Source of the DNA: Blastocystis sp. Blastoise
Lineage: Eukaryota > Protista > Bigyra: Opalinata
DNA length: 64,000 bases
Assembly (NCBI GenBank): GCA_039096225.1
Contig: JBBPEB010000026.1
Span: forward strand, 310,001-374,000
Reading direction: 5' to 3'
Part shown: positions 1 to 22,976 of the stretch, in pieces
Layout: each line of letters starts with the position of its first letter
Numbering within the stretch: the stretch's first letter is position 1
Position numbers and translations under genes: made by a program
Notes under the pieces: generated by a model
The model's database searches: none
What the model was told of the DNA's origin: nothing
What the model saw: the letters and a program-made list of their open reading frames with translations, nothing else

Positions 1-33
1 TTACATCTTTTCTCATTGCCAATAGTTATATAG

Positions 34-6057
<6,024 letters not shown>

Positions 6058-6689
6058 GAAGTTATTTTATTTATTTAATTATATAATTATATTTATTTTA
6101 TTTAATTATATAATTATATTTATTTTATTTAATTATATAATTATTTTATTAATTTAATTATATAATTAATTATTTATTTATTTATTTTATTTGGTTTTCC
6201 AATAAAGTTTAGTTATTCGAGTAGCATTATATTTATTATCTAGAATCCTTATATTACTATTTACTCGTTATTGTTACTTGGGATTTGTGAATCATTATAG
6301 TTTTCTTTATTTGCTCTTTTCTACTTTTATATCTATATATTTTTTTATAGATTTTTTTATTTATATTAGTTTGTTTTATCTTTTTTTTTTACGTAGTTAA
6401 AAATTAATAAAAAAATATATGGGTATTGTTATTTCTTCAACTTTTTTTTTATTTAAAGCCGTTTACTTATTTGCAATTATAATAAAAAGACTCCTATCAT
6501 TATCAAGGATACTATTGTTATCTCTACATCAAGGCACTGCACATAATAAACCATATATTACTTTAAAAAATATATATTAAAAATATATTTTTTTTTATTT
6601 AAAAAAAAATAGATATTTTAAATATTGCCATAATAATATACTTTTATAAAAGCTTGTAATTACGTACCACAGTTCAGAGTATAAATAGA

Positions 6690-7090
6690 AATGTCCAATA
6701 CAATTTAACTAGAGATTTGTTAACTCAAATAAGAAAAATGAAATCATGCAGTTTCCTCTATTTATCAGACATAGAAATCTAATTGAATGTCTTAGAAAAA
6801 AGTTTATCCATTGAAAATATCTCTAGATCTGTTGCTTTGAATAAAAAGCCAAAAGATCGAGATTCATGACAAACATAGCATTGATCTTTTAGACTTCAAG
6901 CTTAAGATATGATATGATTGGATAGATATCCAAGATAGACCAATAGTTCTCTTAGATCCAACTACCAATAGAATCATGTCTTTTAAGTTGATGACGGAGT
7001 ATACATCATTAAACTGATGGATAGAGGCATGAAAAAAGGTGGGAAAAAGAAAACCTTTTTTTAACCTTAAAAATCTCCAAACCACCAATT
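6690..7090 (+). pseudogene. Possible decayed coding remnant
   Basis: Complex sequence with no microsatellite; reads as protein-like stretches (NVQYNLTRDLLTQIRKMKS..., YDWIDIQDRPIVLLDPTTNRIMSFK) broken by stops. No family recognised. Confidence 0.2.
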
Positions 7091-7499
7091 TTGGGAATTC
7101 ATTGGATTTTGCCTGAATATTATATTATATTCATGCTTTTTTGAGATATTTTACACAGTATTGTATTGGTTCTAAATAGAACAATAATTTAAATTTAGTC
7201 ATTTATATTCGAGTTTATTGATTAATGTGTCATAAATTATTATGTGTCAACAAACCAAATTATAAGTAATAATAATTTAAGCGAATAAAAACTAAACACG
7301 TCACTATAAAAAATATATATAAACAAAAAGAAATAATACAACCCACCAAAAATCCACCTATTATTTTTATGCTTAAAATACCCGGGAAATATTCATTTTC
7401 CCACGTTTTTTTTGTTATTCTGGGATAAATACAACAATACATTTCTTTATTATTCTACTAATTGATCTAAAGGATTTTACTAGAAATAGAACAAAATAA

Positions 7500-9998
<2,499 letters not shown>

Positions 9999-10608
9999 GA
10001 ACATGATAACCTAGCAGCAATGATTCATTTTATTGCACCGAACATAAACATGTTGACATATTTTTATATTTTTTTTTGTAATATTTCTTCTTTTATATCA
10101 TTATATCTAAGCCTATAATGCATATTTATAGTTCTATATGTTATATACTATATTCTTACCTAATTAATAAAAATGATTTGTAGATTTGTTTTTCTGAAAA
10201 GGATTTCTTGTTTCTATTCTTGTCTATATATAGTAGTTTATATATTATTTATGTTTGCTTACATAAAAACGATACTATTAAGTTAAAATGGAGATAGATC
10301 GGCGTTTTGTTTTGTTTAAATACAGCCACAAACATAATAAGCTTTCTAACTTTAAAATTCGAAATGGTTTGCACAAATATCGTGCTTAATAAGAGTTATT
10401 TGGTAGTAAATATGATAAACACATAAACCAGTCAAATTCACCTTTTTTTGTTGAAAAAAATACTTTTTTCTACCAAAAAACCACAAAAAAAAAAAAAAAA
10501 AAAAAGCCCACTTTTCTTCATGTCTCTACTGATGGAATTACAGTCTCAATTTTTGGAATACAATATTTTACATATTTATTTTGTTTTAAAAATAGAAAAT
10601 AAAACGAA

Positions 10609-11979
10609 ATGAAGAATTTTTTTGTTCTTGTTATTGTAATTGCTTTATGTGTAGCTGCCCATCCTCATGGATTGAAAGAACCTCGTAAGGATTTCTCTTA
10701 TGAAAAACAATATCAACGTTTTACAACTCCTTACTCTTCTGAGCGTAGATCAAATTCTCCTATGATTTATGTTGTTGATTTTGGTGCTGATCCAACTGGT
10801 ATGAAAGACTCATCTGAAGCTTTCCAAGCTGCTATTGATGAAGCTATGAAACGTGGTTATGGTACTATGGCTGATGGTATTCATGATTGTGGTGGTGTCT
10901 CTATTGACTTAGAAGGAGGTCTTTATCTTTTTGATAAACCTGTTTATTTCCCTCAATTCCATGGTAACTGGAAAATGACTCGTGGTACTGTTCGTGCTTC
11001 TGATAATTTCCCTTTAGATAAACATATCATTATTGTTGGTGAGAATGAATGTGGAAATAAACAAGGTTCTTGTAATCAACATATAGATTTCTCATTTATG
11101 ACTTTTGAATCTAATCATCATTCTGCTGGTGGTCTTCAAATCTTTAGAACTATGGGTGGTAATGTAGGTCCTAATATTATGTTCCATGGATATCTTACTT
11201 CTGGTTTAGATCTTGAAGGTGGTCATGAAGTTATGGTACATCAAGGATGGTTTGGTGAAAATTGGTATGAAGGTGGTAGTCACAATATTACGGATCCTCT
11301 TGGTGTTGGTGTATTAGTTAATGGTAATGATCACTTTTTAAATGATGTTATTTTCTTCTGGTCTGGAACTGCTGTTGTTATTAATGGTGGTGCTACTATG
11401 ATGAGAGGTGTACATTCTTGGAGTGAAAATATTGCTTTTATTATTAATGCTGAAGCTACTCGTCTTGAGAATTGTTATATAGATTTTAATACTATGATTA
11501 TTAATAGTTTTGCTCATAATCTTATTACTGATATGTTTTTCTATCATGGTAAAATTATTTTACAACCTATTGGTACTCAAAATATTAATGGCTTAGTGAT
11601 ATCAAGATCTATATTTGATGGTCCAGGTATAGATACTATTAATTTAGATCTTTCTAAAGGTTCTTTTGGTACTATAAGAGATTGTTATATTACAGATACT
11701 CTTGCTTCTCATACTGGTTATAATGTTCGTCAAACTCAATTAAAGAAATCAATTCATTTTGAAAATACAAAACATGTTGAATATGATTTTAGTAAACACC
11801 TTGTGTTTGGTCAAATTCGTGATGCTAGTTATTCTGTTATACTTGAAAATAATGTATTTACTAGATATACTATGAGACCTATTGAAAATGGTAGTAAAGT
11901 TATAGTTGAATTTGAAGATGCTGTTTCTGGTACTGTAAACTTTGTTGTTGATGAAAGTGAATATACACATCAATATTAA
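10609..11979 (+). CDS. Secreted pectin-lyase-fold (Pectate_lyase_3 / QRT3-like polygalacturonase-like) protein, intronless
   Basis: Signal peptide MKNFFVLVIVIALCVAA. Motifs VVDFGADPTGMKDSSEAFQAAI, GGVSIDLEGGLY, GGHE and GNDHFLNDV resemble plant QRT3. Confidence 0.8.
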   Translation: MKNFFVLVIVIALCVAAHPHGLKEPRKDFSYEKQYQRFTTPYSSERRSNSPMIYVVDFGADPTGMKDSSEAFQAAIDEAMKRGYGTMADGIHDCGGVSIDLEGGLYLFDKPVYFPQFHGNWKMTRGTVRASDNFPLDKHIIIVGENECGNKQGSCNQHIDFSFMTFESNHHSAGGLQIFRTMGGNVGPNIMFHGYLTSGLDLEGGHEVMVHQGWFGENWYEGGSHNITDPLGVGVLVNGNDHFLNDVIFFWSGTAVVINGGATMMRGVHSWSENIAFIINAEATRLENCYIDFNTMIINSFAHNLITDMFFYHGKIILQPIGTQNINGLVISRSIFDGPGIDTINLDLSKGSFGTIRDCYITDTLASHTGYNVRQTQLKKSIHFENTKHVEYDFSKHLVFGQIRDASYSVILENNVFTRYTMRPIENGSKVIVEFEDAVSGTVNFVVDESEYTHQY

Positions 11980-12154
11980 TATTATTTTAAATAGTTGATT
12001 ATTTTTTTGTTTTGTTTTTTATTATTCACTATTGTTAGAATATATTTTAAAATTAAAATACTTTTTATAAAAAATAGTTTTATTTAAATAACAAAATAAA
12101 ATATGATTGGGGTTTAAAAGAATTGTGTTTAGGAGATATATATAAATAACATAT

Positions 12155-13481
12155 TTAATGAAGTGGAGGAATACCTATATATTTATTTATATATTTATTT
12201 ATATATTTATATATATTTATATATATATTTATTTATATATTTATTTATATATTTATTTATATATTTATTTATATATTTATTTATATTTTTATATATATAT
12301 TTATATATATACCTTTAGCAGCAAGAACACGATAACGATCTTTTAATTGGATATTTGTACGGTTAATGAGGATTCTTCCGTACTGAGGATCTTGTTTAAT
12401 ATCAATCCATTTCGATGGATTCCCGCGGTAATGAAGTTCTCCCGCTAATAAGGCTTGGTCTTCTATATATATATATATATATATATATATGGTTAAATAT
12501 ATGATTCTATATATACCTTGAATTGTCCATGGATTTCTTGTTTGAGAATTAGCCGGTTGAATAAATCCTGGCTCTATATACATAGTTATATATAGTTATA
12601 TATATAGTTATATATAATTATATATATACGTATAATATCAACAGGACGGGGAAGAGAATTAGGAACAGTAGTAGGAAGAGACTCTATATATATATTAATA
12701 GTATTATTACAAAAATAAATATATATAAATAATAATAAAAATAGCAATAATTATAATAATATATATAATAATATATATACGTCTAAATAATATTTCTTCC
12801 ATAAGTTTCATCATATAATAATCACCAGAAAGAGGAATAGAAGAAGAAGAAGAAGACATCTATATATATATAATAGTAATAATATATATTAAAGAAGAAA
12901 ATATTTAAATAGAATACAAATATACATCTTTCTTCAAATTATTTAGTGCTATTTGAATATTATTATTCGTTTGGCGGCAAATAAATGTGATTTGATCCCT
13001 CCAATTGGCGCCATAACTAGCTTCCATTACACTATTTGGACACTATATATATATAATACATATAATATATATATATAATATTAATATAAAATATATATAA
13101 TATATATAATATTAATATAAAATATATAAAATATTATATAAATATATAAAATATTTAACATATTTAACATAAAATATATTATATATATAACATATAATAT
13201 AGTATATAATAATATTTACTTCTTTAAGGTATTTTTCACGAATATCTTTTCGATCAATAGAAACACCATCTAATAATAATCCTTCGTCATTCCCGCGGTT
13301 ATTCGAAGATATTTGAGGGAGGGAAAATAATTTTTGATTTGAAGAAAGTGGAGAATTGCTATATATATATATTATTATATATTATTATATATTATTATAT
13401 ATTATTATTATTATTATTATTATTAATAATATATATATATATACGAATGGATTACATTTGATGATACTGGATTTAAATCTA

Positions 13482-13515
<34 letters not shown>

Positions 13516-14159
13516 GTTATTTATATACCCTTTTCTTCATCATTATTTATGTCAGATAATCGCGGTTTTTTGTTATCTAATGTTTCTTCTTCTGAATATT
13601 TTCGTTTTGTAGAAGTAGTTTCTATATATATATTATTATTTCTATTATATAAATACTATGTATATATTGATTATATATATATTATTATATATATATATAT
13701 ATATATACCATGTTTAGAGTGTCCACCACTGATAAACTGTTTAAATCGATTTAATAATGACGGTCTCCCCGTGGGAATTACTTCTTTTGGTTTTGAATTA
13801 TTACCATCAGGTAGAGAATCATTAAACATTTCGTTTAAAATTTGTTCTTTTTTCATGGGAGAAGGTGCATTTTGACTGGGTTGAATAGTATTTCCCACGG
13901 GAGATGGTTTAAGAAGAGAACTATATAATTGAACTTGTTTTTCACCACAAACTAATTGACATCTCTCTCTATATTTCTATATATATAATTATATATATAA
14001 TTATATATATTTCTATATATTATATTATATATATTTCTATATATTATATTATATTATATATATATATATATAATTATATATATAATTATATACTTCTATT
14101 TTAACAATAGTAGCTCCAAGTTTATTTATATATCGTTTAATCTCCTCAACAGACATAGA

Positions 14160-14236
<77 letters not shown>

Positions 14237-14358
14237 TGTATTTTTTCTTCATCTAAAGATACAGATATAGTTTCACATTCTATATATATATATATAGTTA
14301 TATATATATATAATTATATATATACTTGTAGTTGATTCTTTTTTTGTATCCTATATAT

Positions 14359-14397
<39 letters not shown>

Positions 14398-16540
14398 ATT
14401 ATCAATTTGTGATTTCCCGCGGAAAGTTTTCAATTTATAAAAACTATCCGGATTCTTCCCTTGAGAAATATCAATACAACGGTTCACGTGATGCTCACGT
14501 GTCATAACAGAAAAAGAACTTAAGTCTTTTGAGCATATAGGACAAATTGATGTAGTATTATTGCTATTATTAGTATTACTATTATTCCCGTGGTTATCTT
14601 GTGAATCAATACATTGGTTAACATGAATTAATTTTTCTTGTTGTGACATTCCTTCCAAATTCTTTGAGCAGATACAACATACTTCTATAAATATATATAT
14701 ATATAAAGTATATAATAATATCTATATTATTTATATATTGATATATATACCATTGTCTTCAGAAAGAATACTGAGATTAATCGCGGGAATTTGTGTATCT
14801 GGAGTCTGATGAGGAGATAACGTAGATAATGATAATAATCCTGAATTGGCAGCTCTGGGTATGTTATTTGAGGGAGTATTTGAAGGAATATTCGCGGGAA
14901 TACTTGAAGGAATACTTGAAGAAATATTTGAAGGAATATTTGAAGAAATATTTGAAGGAATATTCGCGGGAATACTTGAAGGAATACTTGAAGGAATATT
15001 TGAAGGAATATTTGAAGGAATACTTGAAGGAATAGAAGTGTTTGGAAGAGTAGAAGAAGAAGAAGGAATAAAAGGAATTGGAGAGTTTTTCGTCAAATAA
15101 TTTCCTTGTGAATAATCAGTTGTGCTTGATACATTTTGTTTATTGACTATACCTCCAAAAGGAGTTTTATTATTTTTATTATTATTATTATTATTATTAT
15201 TTGGATAATAATAATTACTATTATTTATGTTATTATTATAATTATTCATATTATTATTATTATTATTGTTATTATTTTGATAATTATTCATATTATTATA
15301 AATATTAATACCGTTTGTATTATTATTATTTGTGTTATTCTTATTTGCCGTAGTGATATTACTATGAATATTCTTATAATTATTACTATTATTCTTATTA
15401 TTATTACTAACATTATCATCATTTTTAAATAAATTATTAAGTCGCTCCTGTAATTGTTGTGCAGCAATAACTGGATCTTCATACAATTCGGGGGATTTCC
15501 CGTGGGAATCAGGCTGTTTAGAAGAGGATTTAGGAAGAGAAGAAGAAGCTAACGATGAAGTAGTAGTAGAATAATTGTTATTACTTATATTATTATTACT
15601 TATATTATTATTACTTATATTATTATTATTACTAATATTATTATTACTAATATTATTATTATTACCAATATTATTATTACTTATATTATTATTATTCATA
15701 TTATTATTACCTATATTATTATTATGATTATTATTATTACCTATATTATTATTCATATTATTATTATTCATGACCTTATTATTATTAGTTAGAGCTGTGT
15801 TTATAGATAGGGAAGATATTCCGCGTGTGGATGGAGTTATTCCTTGTCGAGGAGGTGATTGTAAAGTAGATGGATTTGTAGGTTGTGTATATAAAGACAC
15901 TCGTTTTGATTTATTCACTAAGGGAGTACCAGATAAACTACATCGAACTTTTGAAGGACTAACTATAAGAATATAATAATAAATAATAGTTTTATATTAT
16001 ATATTAAAATTGTTAAAGATATTTAAAAGTTAAAATAACTTACATAATGAGTTTTCTTGAACAAATGTACTTGGATTATTATTTTTTACATTATTTTCAA
16101 AAGATGAAAACAGCATCACTGTAGATCCAACAGTTATCATATCATGAATAGAAATAGGATTTGGTTTTAACTTAGCTAAACGAACACCATTGACTAATGT
16201 TCCATTTGTACTACCAATATCACTCAATAAAACTATTGGAGGATTCTTTGAATCATCGATAGTTATTCTAGCATGTTCAGAACTTGCTTCTTTATCTTTA
16301 TGTAAACCAATATCATCTACAATTGATTGAATCAACATAAATATATATTTTATATATACCTGTTGACTTGAATCTTCCGATATTACAATATAATTTTGGT
16401 TTTGAAAGTCTTACTGTTTTCTTCTTTCCTTTATAAGGTCCTTCAAGAAAAACAAAGACGAGTACATAGTCGCTTCTATAATATATTGATAAATAAATAA
16501 TAAAGAGTTCATAAAGAGCTTACTTTACTTCTGTTGACAT
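12155..16540 (-). CDS. Multi-exon protein: FHA domain, Asn/Ser-rich linker, two UBZ4-type zinc fingers, C-terminal telobox (TRF-like) Myb domain
   Basis: All GT-AG junctions splice in frame from ATG 16540 to TAA 12155. FHA: IGR...SSEHARI...[11 protein letters not shown]4: CCICSKNL...HVNQC and CPICSKDL...[10 protein letters not shown]. Myb: [13 protein letters not shown]...W...[11 protein letters not shown]. Confidence 0.8.
14870..15035 (-). repeat. Coding 12-bp tandem repeat ([12 protein letters not shown])
   Basis: About 13 units of TGAAGGAATA(C/T)T on the + strand inside the large exon. Confidence 0.9.
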
Positions 16541-16622
16541 TTTAAAACAATTTACAAAAAATAACTAGAAAGAATAATAAAAAATATTTGAAAATATATA
16601 TTTTTAAAATTTTGTCTTTTAT

Positions 16623-16844
16623 ATGATACGGAATAATCCTACAAAAATAGATTTAACTGATGAGGACATAGATGTATATTTATGGTTGTCTTAATTTTGT
16701 TTTATATATGCTTGATAGAGATTAGATTCCATTTTACCTCCTTTAGAATCAACAGTAGATGACGTCAAACGGACACCAGAAGAGGAGAAAAAGCGTAGAG
16801 AGGATATTATTGGTTTAACAAAACAGCGAATGAATAATAAATGA
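16623..16844 (+). CDS. CDC26: APC/C subunit CDC26 (APC12), about 58 aa, one intron at 16674-16718
   Basis: N-terminus MIRNNPTKIDLTDEDID matches the CDC26 signature MLRRxPTxxxLxxxDI; ends ...RREDIIGL. Absent from the ORF track. Confidence 0.7.
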
Positions 16845-17187
16845 AGAATTATATTTTTAAGTGTATAAATTTGTTTAGTTTATCCTTTTATTGTAAATAT
16901 CTGATTTATTTGTCTATATTCTGATTATTTATTAAAAAATAAAAGAATAAAGGCCTTGTTGAATTATGAATTGGTTAAGAACAATGGCTTGTAACTATTT
17001 TGTGTGTGTGAAAAAATAAAAAATATTGTGATTGTTAAATAACAAACGAAATAAATATAATTAAAAAGCCCACGAAAATTAATCAATACACAAAAAATTA
17101 AAAAAATAAAATAGGTAGAAATAGGTTATAAATAGTTGAAAATATTGATTTATAAAAATATATAGAATAAAAATATTTAAAAAGAAA

Positions 17188-18448
<1,261 letters not shown>

Positions 18449-19305
18449 ATTATGAAATTAAGTGAACAAATCTATATATTTCATTAGTTTATTGACAAAT
18501 ACAAATAATTTAATACAGAATGTATTTGAAATACTAAATACTATAAATAAAGTGAACAAAGATGTCTAGTTCTCAACTCGTTCACCTACTTTATATTTTA
18601 TAAGAGAATTCAAGAGTTCTGCTCTATGTCGTCTTTTGCCTACTCTTTTGATTTCTCTATAATTCTTAAAATATTCATGATTATTACATTTTTTTAAAAC
18701 AAAAAAATTTTGCTGTTTCTTTGCTGAAAACAAAGAAAAGTCAAAGAAATACACCCATTTTCTTTTCAGAAAACAAGAAATTTCTGGAAATAATAATCAT
18801 GAAAATAATTGTATTTTAGTACATTGTTTTCATTATTTTCATGAATTGTCAATTCCTCGATACACTAGAGATCCTTCTGTTTGGTTTTCATTTGATATAT
18901 AGAAAGCCAAAGAGATTCTTTTATCATTCACGGGGAATTCTTGTTTATGCGCTTTATTTATTTTTTTTCTCATGGAACTCAAGAATAACATCGAAGAAAT
19001 TCTCTTCTTCTTGTTGGATATAGATGTAGAATTCGATGAGTTTTAAGGGAAATGACGAGAAACCAAGGGAAATTTAATACTCTTGCCCAAAATGATGGGT
19101 ATATTCACGATTATAATTATAAAAAAAAATATTTTCAGAACTATTCAGAGGGTCTGAACCATTAACAAAGTTCCAAAAGAAAAAGAAACTACATTATTTT
19201 CATTTTTTTTACGTGTGTTATACCATCCCTCATTGAATAATATATTAGAACGTATGTTATTCTTGTACTTCATACTCTAATTTATAGAAATATAAGTTTA
19301 GAAAT

Positions 19306-20273
19306 ATGTATAAGTTTATAAGAAAATGCAAACCATTGTTTACTTCGTAAATTATTTTAATCAGTTTATTACATAATGTGTTTTCATTAGAATTGATCGG
19401 CTTACAAATAATAAGAATCATTTCTTATTAGATAAAGTCATCTGTAAAGTTCGTAGTCCATTCTTTTCATTCTTCCCTCAAGGCTGGTATTTCTTTATTT
19501 TAATTTATCCTTATTCTACGAGCACACTTTTCTAATACTTTTTAGGGGAGATCTAGATCTTGTTTACTCATTGAAGAAACAATTAATTGCTCTAGGTCAA
19601 GAAACAGAAAAGGGAATATTACCTCCTCAAATTAAAGTAAGTAAAAAATATGAATTAGAATGCTATAGTATCAATATATTCTATTATCAATATTTATATA
19701 TATTTAATATATATATTTTATAGATGCATCTTAGTACCCCAGAAATACTTGTATCAAAAGAATGCGTTATACAAGATGGTAGTTTTGATACTCCATGTCG
19801 TTATGCAGACCATCTTCCAAGAGAATCTTTAACTGCTTATATTCGAATAGTTACACCTATAGAATGGGGAAAACGTAAACCTGAGTCTATTCCTACTATT
19901 CTATTATTACCAGGTATATAGGATATTTACTATTATTATTATGTTAATATTTATTATTATGTTTATATGTTTATATTTATATTATTTATGTGTTTATATG
20001 TTTATATTTATATTATTGGTGTTATTATTAGGTTTATGTTGTTGATTATATTCTTAAATCTATTATAATAATAATAATTATTATTATATTTTTTATTATG
20101 AAATTATTATAATAATCGTTAACATACTTCTTGCCATTGTAATCATTGCTTATATTAATGTATATATATATATAGGAACAGGAGAAGTCGGCTTTAAGCG
20201 TCGAATGAGTGTAGTTGCTCAGCCTATGGCCAGATTAGGGTATCGTACTATTGTATATATATATATATATATA

Positions 20274-20316
<43 letters not shown>

Positions 20317-21428
20317 GTATTGAAGAAATATTCTTATTCACATTAATTTTAATTTTATTTTTTATTTCTTTTCCATTCTTATATTATTATAAAAATATTT
20401 TTATCATGTTTACTAATAATATTATTATAAAATTATTTATCATGTTTACTAATAATATCATTAATAAATTATTTTCTATAGATGTTAGAAGGTCCTTATT
20501 ACGGTTTACGGCGACCAAAAGATCAGTACGGATGTCATTTACGTCACGTGAGCGATCTTCCTCTTTTAGGATGTGCTACTATTGAAGAAGTATATATATA
20601 TTTATATAGTAAGAATAATAGTATTATTTTAATTATTTAAAATATATTCATTTTTTAATTTAATAATAATAATAATAATATATTATTATTATTATATATA
20701 TATATAGGCTCGTTCTCTTGTTCGTTGGATAAAAGAAACGACAAAAGGACCTGTAGCTGTTGCAGGTATATATATATATATTATACTTATAATTATGATT
20801 ATGATTATGATTATGATTATTTATATAATTATAATTATAATACTTATTATTATTCTCTATTAGGTATGTCGATGGGTGGTTTACATTCATCGATGACGGC
20901 ATCTACGTCACCCTATCCCCTCGGTGTCATCTCTTTATTAGGACCCCCGTCAGCTGTACCTGTATTCACAACTGTATATATATATATATAATCACATTCT
21001 ATATTCTTACTTTAAAATATGAAGATTTCGTGATTTTTATATTTATTTATCTATTTATATTTACTCTATTCATATAGGGTGTTATGTCATCATTAATCCC
21101 GTGGGAAAAACTTCAAATTGATGCCAAATATATAGATATCGAAAATCGAATAAAAGAATCTTCCTATGGTCCAATTGTATATATATATTCTGTTTATTAT
21201 ATTTATTATAGTTATTATAGTTATTATAGTTATTATAGTTATTTATTCTATATATTCTATATATTCTATATATTCTATATAGCCTGATGATATTGATAGT
21301 ACTCAACAATTAATGACAAAGTTCCTTTCTGTTACGGACGTTGAGAATTTCCCTTGTCCCATGTGCCCAGATGGAGTCCTTTTTGTATATATATATATAG
21401 TGATTTTTATTTATATTTGAATTGTTTA

Positions 21429-21465
<37 letters not shown>

Positions 21466-22030
21466 TAATAATATATAATAATATATAATATATATATGTA
21501 GATTGTAGCAAAGAATGATGCCTATATACCTTTTCAATTAATTGAGTCTAGAATGAAATATATATGCGAAAAATGGGAAGGAGCTCATGTATATATATAT
21601 ATATTATTTATAATAAATTTTTTTTTAAATTTTTTTCTATTCTCTTTTTTTTTATATTATAAATTATGTGTATATATCCTTTATTCATATATTTATATTT
21701 TGTAATATTTTGTAATATTCTTTTATATACCTAATATATGTCTTATATATATATATACACCTATAATATACATATAATATACATATAACATACCTATAAT
21801 ATACATATAATATACCTATAATATACATATAACATATATATAATATCCCTATACCATACCTATAACTATACCTATATATCCCTCTATTTATATAGATACG
21901 TTGGGTGAATGGAGGTCATGCGTCTACATATCTATTTCAAATGAATGAATTTACAAATAGTATTCAAGAAATCATGGGAATTATGAAGAAAAAAGAAGAT
22001 GAAGAATCCATTGATAATGCAGAATTCTAA
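19306..22030 (+). CDS. ABHD18: Alpha/beta hydrolase, ABHD18 (DUF2048)-like, multi-exon
   Basis: FFPQGWG, LPGTGE.GF.RR, LEGPYYGLRRP, VSDL, nucleophile GMSMGG, DAYIP and GGH motifs across spliced exons. Confidence 0.85.
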
Positions 22031-22976
22031 TCATTCTTTATATGAAATCTATATAAATTTCTACAGTTATAAAAATATTGTATTTTCTTCTATTTATATG
22101 TCATTTATTATTCATTTATTTTTTTCAAATTTATATATATATAAATATTTTATAATTATTATTGCCGCCATTATATAAATTTATATTTGTCTCCTTTTCT
22201 CTTATTATTAATGAATCTATTTTTCTTTCTACTAAGAATATTATACCAAATAATATATTATTATTATATATATTTCATAATATTCTTATTTAATATCAAA
22301 TATTTTTACTTTTTATTATCAATCTGTTGATTCTATAATTATAAATATGTTTCTGTATTTATGCCTTTTGAATTCTTTTTTCACTTTTTTAATAATTTCT
22401 CTACATAATCTCTAATTGAAAAACCATAATATTCTATTATTATCTGTTTTGTTCACTTGTTTTTAAATATAGAGACTACACATTTGAAAATGTTCATTTT
22501 TATCTTCTATCCACTGAAAAAATCTATCTTATGGTCAGAGACACCACAGAGAATTTATACCCTCAATCTTATATTCTTTTCGTGTATTGCACACTCTGAA
22601 TCTCAATAACATTGCCTCTTACTGACTATATTAACGACTCTTTTAAATCTATATTACATAGAAAACCCTATACATATCACAAAACAAAATAACAACAAAA
22701 TAACAACAATGAAAATCATCTTTAAAAAAGCAATTCTCATTTCCCAAGATTCTTTTTTATTTCCAGTGCAAGAAAGATTCTTTTTCCATATTATTTCATT
22801 TTTCCTTTCTTTTTTTTAACAAACATTTAGATTATTTTTTTTTTCTTCTTCTACTCTTTTATATTCTATATTATAGTCTCATAAACTGTTTACGTGTATG
22901 TATCTCTCTGTTTTTATATATAAATACGTTTTTTATTCTCATTTTTATTTTTTTTCTAGTTCGTGTTTCTGAGAAA

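Noticed and set aside
14829-15100. Plus-strand ORFs with YLKE/EGIF repeats, or a CRISPR-like array
   Set aside because: This is the antisense reading of the coding 12-bp IPSS repeat; there are no spacers.
12155-16540. Naming the gene SLX4 or TRF1/2
   Set aside because: No BTB, SAP or SLX1-binding domain and no TRFH domain is recognisable; only individual modules match.
18560-19120. Short ORFs or an ncRNA between MRPL13 and ABHD18
   Set aside because: No recognisable protein motif, splice pattern or RNA structure.
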